Assembly: GCA_918797485.1 (NCBI GenBank)
Contig: CAKKNE010000002.1
Location: 3,968,001-4,032,000 of the forward strand
DNA length: 64,000 nt
Direction of reading: 5' to 3'
DNA from: Pelagomonas calceolata
Taxonomy: Eukaryota
Each line of letters opens with the position of its first letter. Position 1 is the first letter of the stretch. A program made the translations under genes and the position numbers. A model generated the notes under the pieces. That model worked only from the letters and a program-made list of their open reading frames with translations. It did not search any database and had not been told where the DNA came from. Of the stretch, positions 18,601 through 28,463 are shown one piece after another.

Positions 18601-21481
18601 TAACTTTTGACTCTAAGGCATCCAGCGCCTTCTGGCGCTTGTTCGAACCGACTCCAGCAGCTCCAAGAGCCAGACCCAACCGACCAGCTTTAGAAACGCT
18701 CTTCTGCAGCTCGATGAAATCTTGACGCAGTTCTAATTCCTTAGCTCGAACCTCTTGCAAATGCTCATGATGCTCCCTCAACTTCTTACGAGACTCCTCC
18801 GCTTCCAAACGCATCTGCTTCTCCCGATCTTTGAGAGCTATGAGATACTGGTCCTTGTCCTCCGAGGCTCGAGACTGGTCGTCCTTGCGATCCTGCTCGA
18901 GGCGCTCAATTTGTTCTCGTAAAGAACCCGCCGAGTCCATGAGCTCCGACACCTGGATCTTGAGTCGTCCCGTGTGGTGCTGTTCGATGCGCAGTGCGTC
19001 TCGCGTCTTCGTGTAAGCATCCTTCAGCATCTCGATCTGCTTCGTGAGGGCCACGTCCTGGGCCTCCTTTTCTGTCTTGACGGCTCGCAACTCCTTCTCT
19101 GCTGCCGAAGCTCGGTCCGCACTCTTACGAACGCTCTCGAGGGAGTTCTGCAGTGCTTTGTGGCCTTGCGCTTCCGTTTCAACTAACCGTTCTTCAGCTT
19201 TATCTAAGGCTGATTGGAGCTCACCCTTGCAAGTCGCTTCGGACTTTAGCTGCGCGGCCAAGTACTGCTTCTCGTTCTCCAGCCTTCTTATGAGTGCTTT
19301 TTCCTCCTGGCGCTGGCGGTCCTCCGACGACAATTCACCCATCTCTTGACTGCGTAGCTGAGCTAGTTTTTCCGTCTGCTCTTTCAGGGTCTTCTCCCTC
19401 AACTCCTTGGCAGCTTTTTCTCTTCTTAGTTCGCCCTTGATCTGCTCCTCTCGTCGGCGAGCGGCGCCGGCGTCGTGCACGGCATCGCTATAAGCCGCTT
19501 GGGCGGAAGCTAATTTCGTCTCCAGATGAGACGCGCGGTCATGCGCCTCGGCGACGGCGGAGTGCGCTCTAGCTTCCGCACTTTCGACGGCGGAATTGAG
19601 CTCATTGACGGCGTCGGCCAGCCTCTGTTCGTTCTCCTCCCGTTCTTGTTGGAGCATGGCCCTCGCTTGCCTCAAATCTTTCTCCAGCGCGCTTTTAGCG
19701 TCCATCTCCATCTCCAGCGAACTTTTCAGGAACACTACTTTATTATGTAGTTGTCTGATTTTTGCCTCACCTTTCGCAGCTTCGGCAGCTCTCAAGGTTT
19801 CCGCTTTATCGGTATGGGCCGTGATCAACGAGTCATCCGGACCGAAGGTCTGCTTCGCGGCCCCAAACTCGAGGGACATGGCTCCCCTCGCGACTTGTCC
19901 TGCCGTTGACGACCCTTCGCCGAGTTCCCGTTTCGCGGCTCGGAACGTCTCGACCTCGTCCCTCAACTCGTGGTTATCTTGTTCCACGATCTTCAAAGCT
20001 GCCTTCGCTTCGGCACATTCTGTGGTCAAAGACTGTACTTTGTCCTCCGCCTCCGCTAACTGAGCTCGTAACTCGTTCGACTGCACATGTAATTGATATT
20101 GGCTTTGAGTATTAGTACGCTGTTTGTCTGATATGAGAGCTTGCCGCTCCAGGGCCCAGGCCTGCTTCGCTTCTATAAACGCCTGCTCCTTCTTATGTAA
20201 CTTACTAAGTACCTCGTCGATATTCGTGTCGCCCGTTTTGATGACCGGTGCCGGTACACTTATGTTTTTAGTATTCTTGAGGGTCTCCATTTGTAACGTA
20301 ACGACTTCCAACTGCACGTCTTTGTCTCGCAGTTGCTCCTCCAACGATGCTTTCGTATTACTTAATTCAGAACCCAACTCGCGGCACTTCTGCAGGGTCT
20401 TATCTCGTAATTCCTCCGCCCTCGAAGCGCGGTCCTCACACGACCCAATCTGCTTTTCCAGTGTAGTAATGCGATCCGTCAAAACCCCTTGAGTGAAGGC
20501 CCGCGCACTGCCCGGCTTCGGCGGCATCGGAGTCTCCAAAGGAGGCGCTTCCGTCATGACCGTGGCCTCATGGGGCGCAAAGAGCGACGGTTCATCACTT
20601 GCAGAAGCCAACAACTCGAACTGCTTCCGCTTGGCCGCTTGAATTTCCTGCTCCCACGGGGTGGGCAGAGCGAGCGACGCCGCGGTTCTCGGGGAAGATG
20701 CAGATATGGCTTGTTGCCTTGCTGCGTCGTGCACGTCGAAGATAGGCCTCGAAGATTCGACGGGTATGTCCTTCTTCTTGCGTCTCTTTGCCGCCTTTTC
20801 GGACAGCGGCCTTAATTTCTGGCCCCCGGTCTTGGGCCTTGATTTTTGTTGAGAGGGACGCTTCTTCTGCACAGGTTGTGTGGGTCCAGACCAGCCCGCC
20901 CTTTGGACATCAGACAGCCAGAACTGGCCGTGCGCGTCCGCCACGAATCGCGCTTCGACGCAAGGTTCTTTGGCTTTCAGTCTCAGAGAACGGGTATATT
21001 TCCCCAGGGCGTCGTCGACGTGCGAAGCTAGGGGTGAGGGCGACGCGCCCAAACCGGCCGTGGTCTTGCTTTCACCATCGACCTTGTCCACAGCCTCACA
21101 TCTACACCAGTAGTCGTCGCCGTCGCCCAAGTAGACTTGCACGCCACCCACACCTTCCAACATGGTCGCTCTCGTCTGATCGTCGGCCCGCGCGACGGCA
21201 GCAAGCTCCTGCTCGCCTAAGATCGCTCTCGCGCCATCATGCCTCAGCAGCACGGCTACGCGTCGACCCGTGTTTTCTTGGGAAGCTAAGGCGAATTTCG
21301 CGAATCGTCGACCAATTTTGGGCCAAGTTAATTGATGAGCGTCCTTGGTCGCGACTTTTCCAGTTTTACTGGAAGTGTAGAACCAGTTCGTCGGTCGACC
21401 CTGACCGTCCAACGTGACGGTGTCCAAGACGCGCACGGGCGCGTCGGCGAGCCAGGCGCGGTACCAGGCGAGGTCCGCCAT
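15674..21481 (-). CDS. Giant coiled-coil protein (about 1935 aa), function unknown
   Basis: Uninterrupted ORF rich in E/K/R/A/L heptads; ATG chosen at 21481. Confidence 0.8.
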   Translation of the reverse strand: MADLAWYRAWLADAPVRVLDTVTLDGQGRPTNWFYTSSKTGKVATKDAHQLTWPKIGRRFAKFALASQENTGRRVAVLLRHDGARAILGEQELAAVARADDQTRATMLEGVGGVQVYLGDGDDYWCRCEAVDKVDGESKTTAGLGASPSPLASHVDDALGKYTRSLRLKAKEPCVEARFVADAHGQFWLSDVQRAGWSGPTQPVQKKRPSQQKSRPKTGGQKLRPLSEKAAKRRKKKDIPVESSRPIFDVHDAARQQAISASSPRTAASLALPTPWEQEIQAAKRKQFELLASASDEPSLFAPHEATVMTEAPPLETPMPPKPGSARAFTQGVLTDRITTLEKQIGSCEDRASRAEELRDKTLQKCRELGSELSNTKASLEEQLRDKDVQLEVVTLQMETLKNTKNISVPAPVIKTGDTNIDEVLSKLHKKEQAFIEAKQAWALERQALISDKQRTNTQSQYQLHVQSNELRAQLAEAEDKVQSLTTECAEAKAALKIVEQDNHELRDEVETFRAAKRELGEGSSTAGQVARGAMSLEFGAAKQTFGPDDSLITAHTDKAETLRAAEAAKGEAKIRQLHNKVVFLKSSLEMEMDAKSALEKDLRQARAMLQQEREENEQRLADAVNELNSAVESAEARAHSAVAEAHDRASHLETKLASAQAAYSDAVHDAGAARRREEQIKGELRREKAAKELREKTLKEQTEKLAQLRSQEMGELSSEDRQRQEEKALIRRLENEKQYLAAQLKSEATCKGELQSALDKAEERLVETEAQGHKALQNSLESVRKSADRASAAEKELRAVKTEKEAQDVALTKQIEMLKDAYTKTRDALRIEQHHTGRLKIQVSELMDSAGSLREQIERLEQDRKDDQSRASEDKDQYLIALKDREKQMRLEAEESRKKLREHHEHLQEVRAKELELRQDFIELQKSVSKAGRLGLALGAAGVGSNKRQKALDALESKVNDSFFGDKYQVPWLRREGCKAFATWRIFVLKTKAAEENRANVAQAVHEALTRSRDAHEESVESLVARLKEERDAAVACSNAVSLLEGIEIVEQKMRERDEERDTAREISRGQVDNLKNIITKEKEKAAQIDRARLELKHLLSEAEDATKIALAEGAERAEKASRASACNYDYAAALLAARTARCKASISATKFDLERAPAELREEVQRLTEEVEKCDQYAVHAVREAVKAAGAFEALDSATGDIAGYRRTADLAADRAGAAIACAGAAARTAENCCLARTVAIRRDATLHERREVTKNAASAALELKRVKDEASSALLEKQEQLETAIYAIHAAEVSGTAALELIKHEKQLVRDAVQEKDVLTKKWARDWHKSTDRHKAADVACLAVRAELSRVEYAFDEKFNEAEKAADACARAAIANAKTEVAEKWRKSVANAEERGTAKEATAWRRGMEERDALARKETDKLKATAEKALSEVKRSAAQSLKDVQAKTKAALEKAALAAQEREEEAVARTDAKARREERSLRVDSEQAIVACSSARLKLEVDQLGALHRRSERARDVKEEKLQERFDAELEKLRQAVKSERDHNQRELETSEKLQKQHQTALALADERLRDEVSLLIKREAEKTDALRAFDACYGARLHLEVLDMKDLEAVKSKKAAVSKAVAKAEKHAQEVLIPPLVVALDDAQALSAAYEAQLAQASRQWDDERDRVVDLRGEVAFQRRQHALREWRTAAKAVVQEKKAEQRERNASRAAKEVERMLTLQLRRTERKAAFVRTQLEAQIEEGEAFRGRMHDTLVNHERATLVAHKRRSTELGMELEVIVRDRDELEAERDKILEYVDEMQESVRAIEQAIHAHSKNSAISSDGRVNVAHAKKKKRMDDDHEMLLLGVEKQRNALSETDARLQRLNDARERKEDDMKELERRLVELLVSQQKKLLAILQEAAHTTRELDERTPREGEEEAFANRREGVYAS

Positions 21482-22023
21482 GGTGCTATCCTGAGACCTA
21501 CGCAACCGCAGGAGCGATGCCCGGGGCCGGTACTCCTGGGAGCTCAGTAGCTGTTGGGGCAGCCCTACCGTTGGAGGCGGCGGCTGCCCCGGCGGCAGGG
21601 CTCGGAGCGCTGCGGCCGCTGCTTGGTTTGCAGTCGTTCGCGCCGGCCCGCGGCCGGGCAGCTAGCCTGGAGGCTGCGCGTTACCGCCGCGCTTCGCAAG
21701 CTGCCATTAACGGGGGGGTCTGGGCCGACCGGCGCGAGCCGCCCTTAGGGCCGCCGCGAGCTCTCCTTGACACGTCGGGGGCCCGCATACACCTCTCCCG
21801 GGACGGCTTCGGCCATCGCGACCGGGTTGCTTTGGTAGCGCCGAGCGCCTCGCCTCGTATTGGCCCTCGGAGACGCGGTCGCGGCACGCTGCGACGCAGT
21901 AGCGCGCTACCTCGACGACGCAATAAGCCCTCGTCACTCGGCGGGCAGCCCTTTGCGCCGGGGAGCACCCAGTAGCCCCTCACTGACCACCCAGAGACCA
22001 AGGTGAGGCAGCCCGTCGACGCC

Positions 22024-24525
22024 ATGGAGGTCCACTTCAGCGACCACGAGCTGCGCGACCTGAAGAAGGAGCAACGACTTAGAAGAGAGGAGAAGGAAGC
22101 TCGGGAGTCCAAGATCGCCGCGTTGCTCGAGATGGCCGAGGAGACGATACGAGAGGAGCGGAGCGGTATCGACGAGCACGGACGGCGGTACAAGGCGCCG
22201 CCGCGGAGCTATACGCGCGCGGAGTCGACGTATTGTGCCGCGGCGCCGGCGCCCGCGCCCGCGCCGGCGCCCGCGCCCCCTATCCCCGAGGCCTTCTACG
22301 AACCGAAGTTTTCCGACAAGGTCCTGTTACCGGGCGGCATCGAGGTGTCTACAAAACCTATTGTGGAGGAGGTGGGGCGCACCAAACAAGAGCTAGAGCA
22401 AGAGGCGGCGGAGCTCGAGTTCCTCGAGACGCCTCCTACGCAACATGCTGCAGCCTTGATCAAGGTCTGCGACGATAGCAGGAACGCGTCCCTGAGTCTG
22501 GGGGAATTGAGGAAGGCGTCGGGGCATGAGATATATGATGAGTTCGTGCACTGGTTGATGGCAGACCGGGAGTTCGAGTTTAAGCGGAGGGCCGTGAAGA
22601 TGGCTATGGACAAGGGACATTTAACGACGGCGTTCCGGGACTACATCCAGGTGCTTAAGAGGAAGAAAACACAAGTCGAGGAGGAGGCACCCGTAATCAT
22701 CAAGAGGTGGACGGGCCGCCAACTAACACGTAGGGAAGCTCTGGAGATGCGTAGAAGGATAAAAACGCCCGTGGAGTTGTCGAGAGAGGAGCGCCAATTA
22801 AGACTGAGAACCAACTCCCTGCAAACAACTAGGACATATGCGGAGGAGGACCGAGAGAACGTGGACGCCAAAATAGCCCAAGAGCTCCGCGAGAAGAGCA
22901 AGCAACGGGTCCAGGTCAAGGGCCGGCCCCGCTTGCCTCCCGTCGTCGTAGAAGGCGAGGAGAACCTAGAAGAGGAGTACGGCCCGTTCCGACTTGATCG
23001 TCGCGATGTCGAGGAACGCATCGCGGAGTTGTCCTCGTCCCGAGATCTGCGGGGCGCGCGAGCCGTGCAGCGAAGGCCTTCTGGTAGTGTACGGTCTAAT
23101 AGGGAACCGTTCCGCGGGAGTGGTATTGTGGTCGCGCGCGCGGCGCTGGCTGCGGCTGCTATCACGAACGACGTCAAGCTACCTTCTGGTAGAGAACACA
23201 AGGAGCTGCGTCAACGATTATATCGCCTGCGGAAGGCGCAGCGCGCGCAGTTTGCACCAACTGAATTACTCGGCTCTGATGAGGTGACAAGGGCCGAGGA
23301 GGATCAAGACGATGAGGAGATCCTGGACGAGAACGCGGCTCTTAAGGAAATCGATTCGTTAGTACGAGGCCTCGAGCAGCTCGAGAAGGCGAAGGCGCGC
23401 GAGACCGGGCGCAAGTTAGGTAAACTCAGGAAGGAGACTCTAGCGTTAGGATTGGATGCAGAGAAAGTGGAGGACGAGCGCTACGAGGCGTGGGAGCGCG
23501 AGATTGAGAGGAGGGAGGCCGCGCGCGAGCGGCACGCTAGACTCGTGAAGGAAGAATCAGAACGGAAGGCAGCAAGTACGCAGGAAGGTCGAAGGGACGC
23601 GCGCGTGAAGCGCGAAAAGGCTGAGAGGAGAGCGTATCGAAGACGTGTCAGGACGGACTGGCTAGATGTAGTGACACTTATCACTCGAACTCAAACGTTC
23701 CGGAGAAAGCTGCAGCATCATAAAGATGTGTTGTACGAGCGCGAGAAGCGTAGAGCTACAATTGTGCTTAGGTTGAGGTTCCGCAAGTTCCTGCCGGCCT
23801 GGAGGGAGTGGGCGGCCAAGAAAAAAATAGTCTGGTTCTGTACTCGTCTCAGGATGATGGAGAAGTGTCGAAAATCTTGTCGAAATTACTTTAAGTGCGT
23901 AAGAGCGGTCCAGGGCGCCTGGCGTAGAAGGACGTTGCGGGTTAGTGCCGCTCTCAAGCTCACGATCGTCCAGTGGGGCCGCGTCTGGTCGGGTCGTATT
24001 TTTGAGGAAGGTAAGGCGCCGGAGCCTTTACATCCTTGGCTGGTGGAGCGAGCGTGTAGGCAGCTCGTGCAGGAAGCTTATAGAGTTACAGAGAATAAGT
24101 ACGGCGCTCTGGGACGCATGATGCTCGACAAACAGAGGGGCGCGACGTTTCCCACGGAGGAGGTCGTGGACGACTCTGTGGTAAGGCGGCGCCAGATCGA
24201 GGTCATTTCCCTGATTAATGCAGAGGCCAAGGGCTGGGTCGTGCCTGATGAGGTGCTGCACCCGCCGGATGTGCTTGAGAACGTGCCTTGGGAGGACGAA
24301 AGTATGTCTGGTGTTAGAAGTAGTCTCGAGTCCGTGCGGTCCGAGGTGCGGGCGAAGATGGAGCGCAACAAGGAGCGGCGGTCCATGCGGCGCAGTCGCC
24401 ACAGCTCGCTGACGTCCTTCCGGTCCGCGGCGTCGACGATGCAGACGGGACTGTCACTTCAGTCAGGGTCGCGTTTTTCGTCGCGCAGCGGGTCGATGGC
24501 CGACATCTCGGAAGTAAGTCGGTAG
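22024..24525 (+). CDS. Charged coiled-coil protein with IQ-like motif, function unknown
   Basis: 833 aa ORF from GCCATGG; AVQGAWRRR IQ-like segment. Confidence 0.75.
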   Translation: MEVHFSDHELRDLKKEQRLRREEKEARESKIAALLEMAEETIREERSGIDEHGRRYKAPPRSYTRAESTYCAAAPAPAPAPAPAPPIPEAFYEPKFSDKVLLPGGIEVSTKPIVEEVGRTKQELEQEAAELEFLETPPTQHAAALIKVCDDSRNASLSLGELRKASGHEIYDEFVHWLMADREFEFKRRAVKMAMDKGHLTTAFRDYIQVLKRKKTQVEEEAPVIIKRWTGRQLTRREALEMRRRIKTPVELSREERQLRLRTNSLQTTRTYAEEDRENVDAKIAQELREKSKQRVQVKGRPRLPPVVVEGEENLEEEYGPFRLDRRDVEERIAELSSSRDLRGARAVQRRPSGSVRSNREPFRGSGIVVARAALAAAAITNDVKLPSGREHKELRQRLYRLRKAQRAQFAPTELLGSDEVTRAEEDQDDEEILDENAALKEIDSLVRGLEQLEKAKARETGRKLGKLRKETLALGLDAEKVEDERYEAWEREIERREAARERHARLVKEESERKAASTQEGRRDARVKREKAERRAYRRRVRTDWLDVVTLITRTQTFRRKLQHHKDVLYEREKRRATIVLRLRFRKFLPAWREWAAKKKIVWFCTRLRMMEKCRKSCRNYFKCVRAVQGAWRRRTLRVSAALKLTIVQWGRVWSGRIFEEGKAPEPLHPWLVERACRQLVQEAYRVTENKYGALGRMMLDKQRGATFPTEEVVDDSVVRRRQIEVISLINAEAKGWVVPDEVLHPPDVLENVPWEDESMSGVRSSLESVRSEVRAKMERNKERRSMRRSRHSSLTSFRSAASTMQTGLSLQSGSRFSSRSGSMADISEVSR

Positions 24526-24895
24526 TTTGTTGTGTACTCGTTGCTTCTGGGTTGTCCTCGGCTTCGGCCTGAAGTCAACCTGGGCGGCAATCACTTTTGT
24601 TTGCTCCGACGTCAAGGCGCGAGTTTGGCGCGCGTAGCTAGAAGTTTGGCGCGTGTTCCTGCATACGCGCACTATTGGCTCGGCCCGCGGGCCGTGGCGC
24701 GTTCAAACACGAGCGTGAGTACTCATAAATTGCTCCTTCAACCGCAGTACTGATCTGGCATCGCCACCCGCCCTATTCTGAGCCCGTCGCGCTTCAGAGC
24801 ATCATCAACCACTGCGGGACCACCGCCAGGCGTCTACGCCATTGATCTTGCGGCGGTGGCCGAGCGCGGCCGGAGTTTCCCGCGCGAGAATCCGA

Positions 24896-25942
24896 ATGAA
24901 GCTCATCCTGTTCGCCGCGGCGGCGCGCCTCGCCGCCGGTGATGACTTCTGCGTACCGGCGGCCTGCCGCAAGCTCGCGCCGGGCGCCGAAGACGAGCAT
25001 AGTATGAAGAACCTCGTCGGCGACCTCGAGTGCTGCGCTCCGCGGGAACGCGCCGGGTGCGCCGACGGTTATCGTTACGCGACGCGCGGCAAGTGCACGA
25101 GCGGCCCCTGCGAGGAGTACGCGACGTGCTGCGTCCATTGCGTTGATGGAGAGGCGTGCGCCCGCGTCGACGCGGCGCGGTTCGGCCAGACGGCCAGGCG
25201 GGATTGCGGCTCCGACGATGCTAATTATATCCGGGTCTGGATCGTCATGGCCGTCATGAGCTTCGTGGCGTCGATCGGCCTCCTGGTCTGCCTGTTCGCG
25301 CAGTACCACCGCTCGGAGCAGCAGAGGCGGCTCCAGGTGAAGCGGGACACGCACGCGCCGGCCCGGAAGTTCTCGCTGGCCGTCGTGGAGCTGCTCCCGC
25401 CGGACCTGGAACGGGGCGCGACGCCGCGCGTGGAGGCGCGTTCGCTTGAACCGCCCGTCGGCGAGACGCGCGGGCCGTCGGTGTGGGACCCCGACGGCGA
25501 CCCGCGCGGCGCGTACGCCGTGCCTGCTTGCCCGCAGTGCTTGACTCCGTGCCGGTGCGCTCCTAAGGCGTGCTCGGAGCAGGACCCTTGTCATGCAATC
25601 GGCGGCCACGTCGCGGCCCCCGAGGCCGAGTCTATGGCCCGCGAGGAGGAACTGTCGCGGTCGACGCCTCCCGACTGCGCCCTCGCGGCGACGCCGTCGG
25701 CGCCTCCCGACGGTGACCTCGAGGCGGCGACGCAGGCGGCGTACCCAAGGTCGTGCTCCAGACGTACCGCGGCGGCGTCCCTATCGTGGTGCCTTCGACC
25801 GATTGGCGCAACGGTAGCGCGTCAGATTCCAGTCCTGAAGGTTACGCGTTCGAATCGCGTATCGGTCACTTTTGCCCGCAATAGGCTCACCGCCGACGGT
25901 ACACCCACAGGCACGGCTCCCGACCTCGAGGCGGCGACGTAG
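24896..25942 (+). CDS. Type I membrane protein with Cys-rich ectodomain
   Basis: Signal peptide MKLILFAAAARLAAG, Cys-rich region, single TM helix (VWIVMAVMSFVASIGLLVCLF). Confidence 0.7.
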   Translation: MKLILFAAAARLAAGDDFCVPAACRKLAPGAEDEHSMKNLVGDLECCAPRERAGCADGYRYATRGKCTSGPCEEYATCCVHCVDGEACARVDAARFGQTARRDCGSDDANYIRVWIVMAVMSFVASIGLLVCLFAQYHRSEQQRRLQVKRDTHAPARKFSLAVVELLPPDLERGATPRVEARSLEPPVGETRGPSVWDPDGDPRGAYAVPACPQCLTPCRCAPKACSEQDPCHAIGGHVAAPEAESMAREEELSRSTPPDCALAATPSAPPDGDLEAATQAAYPRSCSRRTAAASLSWCLRPIGATVARQIPVLKVTRSNRVSVTFARNRLTADGTPTGTAPDLEAAT

Positions 25943-26105
25943 GCCGGAATCATTTTTCTCCCGGTTGGCCCGACGGCCGACCGGCATCCATCACCACGAT
26001 GTGACTCCCCCACGACTGTGACGACCCCGACTTCTCTCTGGACATAGCACCACCCTGTACACAGTAAGATTTTACCCCCAACGCATCGCGTCGTCGTAGC
26101 GATTA

Positions 26106-26804
26106 TTACTTCTTCTTTAGGCGCCCCCGCCGCATGACGTAGAGGAACGCGCCGTCCAGGCGCCGCACCTCACACTGCTGTATATCCCAAGCGTCGCACT
26201 GCAACAGGGGCCATAGATACTGCGGCGCGCTCAGCGACACACACAAAAAAGTGCCGCGCGGCTCCAACACCCGCGCGGCGCCGGCCGCGACCGCGCCGAC
26301 GTCCTCTGTGCAGCTATCGCCGGCGGACAGGTAGATGGCGTCGACCGTGCCCTTGTCGACGATGGCACCGAACGTTTCATCAGAAAAGGTCTCGTCCAAG
26401 CGCCGCGCGTCGCCGACCATCCAATTGACCGAGGGCTCCATTTCTAGTCCTCGTTTCACGGCGACCTCGGAGAAGTCCAATGCAGTCACATCAGACCAGC
26501 CCTCGTCACAGAGGGCCTGCGCGAGCGTCGACGTCCCACCGCCAAGCACCAAAGTCTTCGCGGCCCTGGGGCAGTCCTGGTCCAAGGTTGCGGTGCCCCT
26601 CGCGGTTGTTGTCGTGCGATGCATTGATACATCCCGAAATTCATACTTTAACAGAGACGAAGGTGGCAGGGCCCACTCGTGCGGCAGGACGGCCTTGGCG
26701 TAACTTCGCTCCCAGAACTCTTTGGTGTCGAAGCCGCCGCGCGCCGTCCATCCCAACCGGTGCCTCGCTAAATCAAGCAACGCGCGGCCGCGCACCGAGC
26801 CCAT
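26106..26804 (-). CDS. Class I SAM-dependent methyltransferase (EEF1AKMT4/METTL13-like)
   Basis: FWERSY..HEW, LVLGGGTS, DFSEVAV, GDAR, IVDKGTVDAI, RVLEPRGTF. Confidence 0.85.
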   Translation of the reverse strand: MGSVRGRALLDLARHRLGWTARGGFDTKEFWERSYAKAVLPHEWALPPSSLLKYEFRDVSMHRTTTTARGTATLDQDCPRAAKTLVLGGGTSTLAQALCDEGWSDVTALDFSEVAVKRGLEMEPSVNWMVGDARRLDETFSDETFGAIVDKGTVDAIYLSAGDSCTEDVGAVAAGAARVLEPRGTFLCVSLSAPQYLWPLLQCDAWDIQQCEVRRLDGAFLYVMRRGRLKKK

Positions 26805-26805
26805 G

Positions 26806-27159
26806 TCACTTGACTGATGTCTCTTTTTCCTGAGGGGCCCAGCCGACGTCCGCACAGAGCAGGACGGCGAGCTTGCGGTTTCGTCGACCCTCTTCGGTAG
26901 ACTGGTCGGAGTCGTAGAGCTCCGCGAGCTCGTCGAGCACCTTGTCCAGGCTCTCGTCGCTCAGGAACGCCAAACTATCGAGCTTGCCCGGGCCGTGCAC
27001 CGCGGCGAGGGCCTTTTTGACGACTTCGTTCTTGATCTGCGGCCCCTCCTGCTCCTCCGGCGGTTTGTCGGCGTTCTCGGCGTTGTGTTTGTCCAGTAAC
27101 GCGAGGTACCTCTCGTGGAGGGACAAGTTTTGGTGCTGCTTTTTGTCCTTTTTGTCCAT
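26806..27159 (-). CDS. Small hypothetical protein (117 aa)
   Basis: Coding-like codon usage, promoter motif 132 bp upstream; TGA ends 1 nt before the methyltransferase ATG. Confidence 0.6.
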   Translation of the reverse strand: MDKKDKKQHQNLSLHERYLALLDKHNAENADKPPEEQEGPQIKNEVVKKALAAVHGPGKLDSLAFLSDESLDKVLDELAELYDSDQSTEEGRRNRKLAVLLCADVGWAPQEKETSVK

Positions 27160-27290
27160 TTAGGGAGCTAGGCGGCAGGGCTCCAGCTTTTGCCCAGTGG
27201 TATGCGCCGCAAAACGGTGTGCGCCGCAGAACTAAACCAAAGCGTCCAGGAGTAGCAAGCCGAGTTATGGGCCAAAAGCGCTGCGGCCTC

Positions 27291-27312
27291 CTAGTGTCTT
27301 ACATTACGCTAG
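27291..27312 (-). promoter_or_regulatory. CTAG-box promoter element copy
   Basis: Reverse complement CTAGCG TAATGTAAGA CACTAG between divergent ATGs 27159 and 27531. Confidence 0.7.
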
Positions 27313-27530
27313 CACCAGGTTGGCCAAGCTTTTGCATTTTGACCTCCATTGGTGGTGTGGGGGGCTGCAAACGTGCCCTGTGTATCACTCGCGCCTGGCA
27401 GCAGAGCGATTTCCATCGCTGCTGGCTGTAAGCTCTCTGGGAGCCCTCACGTGACAGTGCTAGCACCGCGCACGTGCAGCGCTCGCGGCTCATCGGCAAG
27501 CAGCCATCCCGTTTCGCAACGCGAAACCAC

Positions 27531-28409
27531 ATGACCAAGTCGCTGCTAGCCTTTCACCTGCTCCTCATGCGCGTCGCGGCCGCGCTGGCGCCGCGCGTCG
27601 GAGGCGTGCGCGCCGCCACGACCGCACGGTTCGCCGCCGCCGCGCAAGCAAGCAACCCACAACCGGAAGTTGGCATCTCCTTCACGGTCGGCGGGCTCCT
27701 GTTCCCGTACCAGCTCGGCGCCGCCAAGGCCCTCTACGAGGCCGGCGTCGCGTCGCCGGCGACGCCCTTGGCGGGCGCGTCGTCGGGCGCCATCGTCGCC
27801 GTCGTGGCGGCCCTCTCAGAAACGGGCTCTCCCACGCTCGACGACTCGCTGGAGGCTGCCTTACGGGTCAACGGATACTGTCGAGATAGGGGAGGCATGC
27901 GCGGCCAGTACTACGATGCTCTGAGTCTGGAAGCGGACCGGCTGCTCGACGGCACGTCCGCCGCGCGACTATCAAACCGCCCGGCCAAGGTGAGCGTAGC
28001 CGTTACGCAGTTCAAGCCATTGCCAACACCGCTGCTCGCGTCGTCATTTACGGATCAGGACGACGTCAAGCGGGCGCTCCTGGCCACGTCGTGCATTCCC
28101 TTCTACTTCAAGGGCGCGCGGCCGTTCGTGACTTTTCGCGGTGCGCCGGCCGTCGACGGTTTTTTTGCCGTGGAGCGGAAGTACTTCGGCGCGCCGGAGT
28201 GTGACGCACGGCGGACGATCCGGGTCTGCCCGTTCCCCGCAGCGACGATAGGGCTCGAGGCGGACGACGTCATCGCGCCGTCGGAGGCGTCGCTGGGGAG
28301 CCTGCTACAGTGCGCGCTCGGCGCGCCGCCCGTGGACGACTCGTATTTGGAGGGGCTGTTCGCGCGCGGCGCTGCGGACGCTGGAAAGTTCATTGATACT
28401 AAGTTGTAG
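27531..28409 (+). CDS. Patatin-like phospholipase with N-terminal targeting peptide
   Basis: GGLLFPYQLG, GASSGA (GxSxG), TSCIPFY, AVDGF. Confidence 0.88.
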   Translation: MTKSLLAFHLLLMRVAAALAPRVGGVRAATTARFAAAAQASNPQPEVGISFTVGGLLFPYQLGAAKALYEAGVASPATPLAGASSGAIVAVVAALSETGSPTLDDSLEAALRVNGYCRDRGGMRGQYYDALSLEADRLLDGTSAARLSNRPAKVSVAVTQFKPLPTPLLASSFTDQDDVKRALLATSCIPFYFKGARPFVTFRGAPAVDGFFAVERKYFGAPECDARRTIRVCPFPAATIGLEADDVIAPSEASLGSLLQCALGAPPVDDSYLEGLFARGAADAGKFIDTKL

Positions 28410-28463
28410 GTTGTTGTTACAATGAGTAGTAGAAAAGAAACAAAAATGGAAGGGAAACGACGA

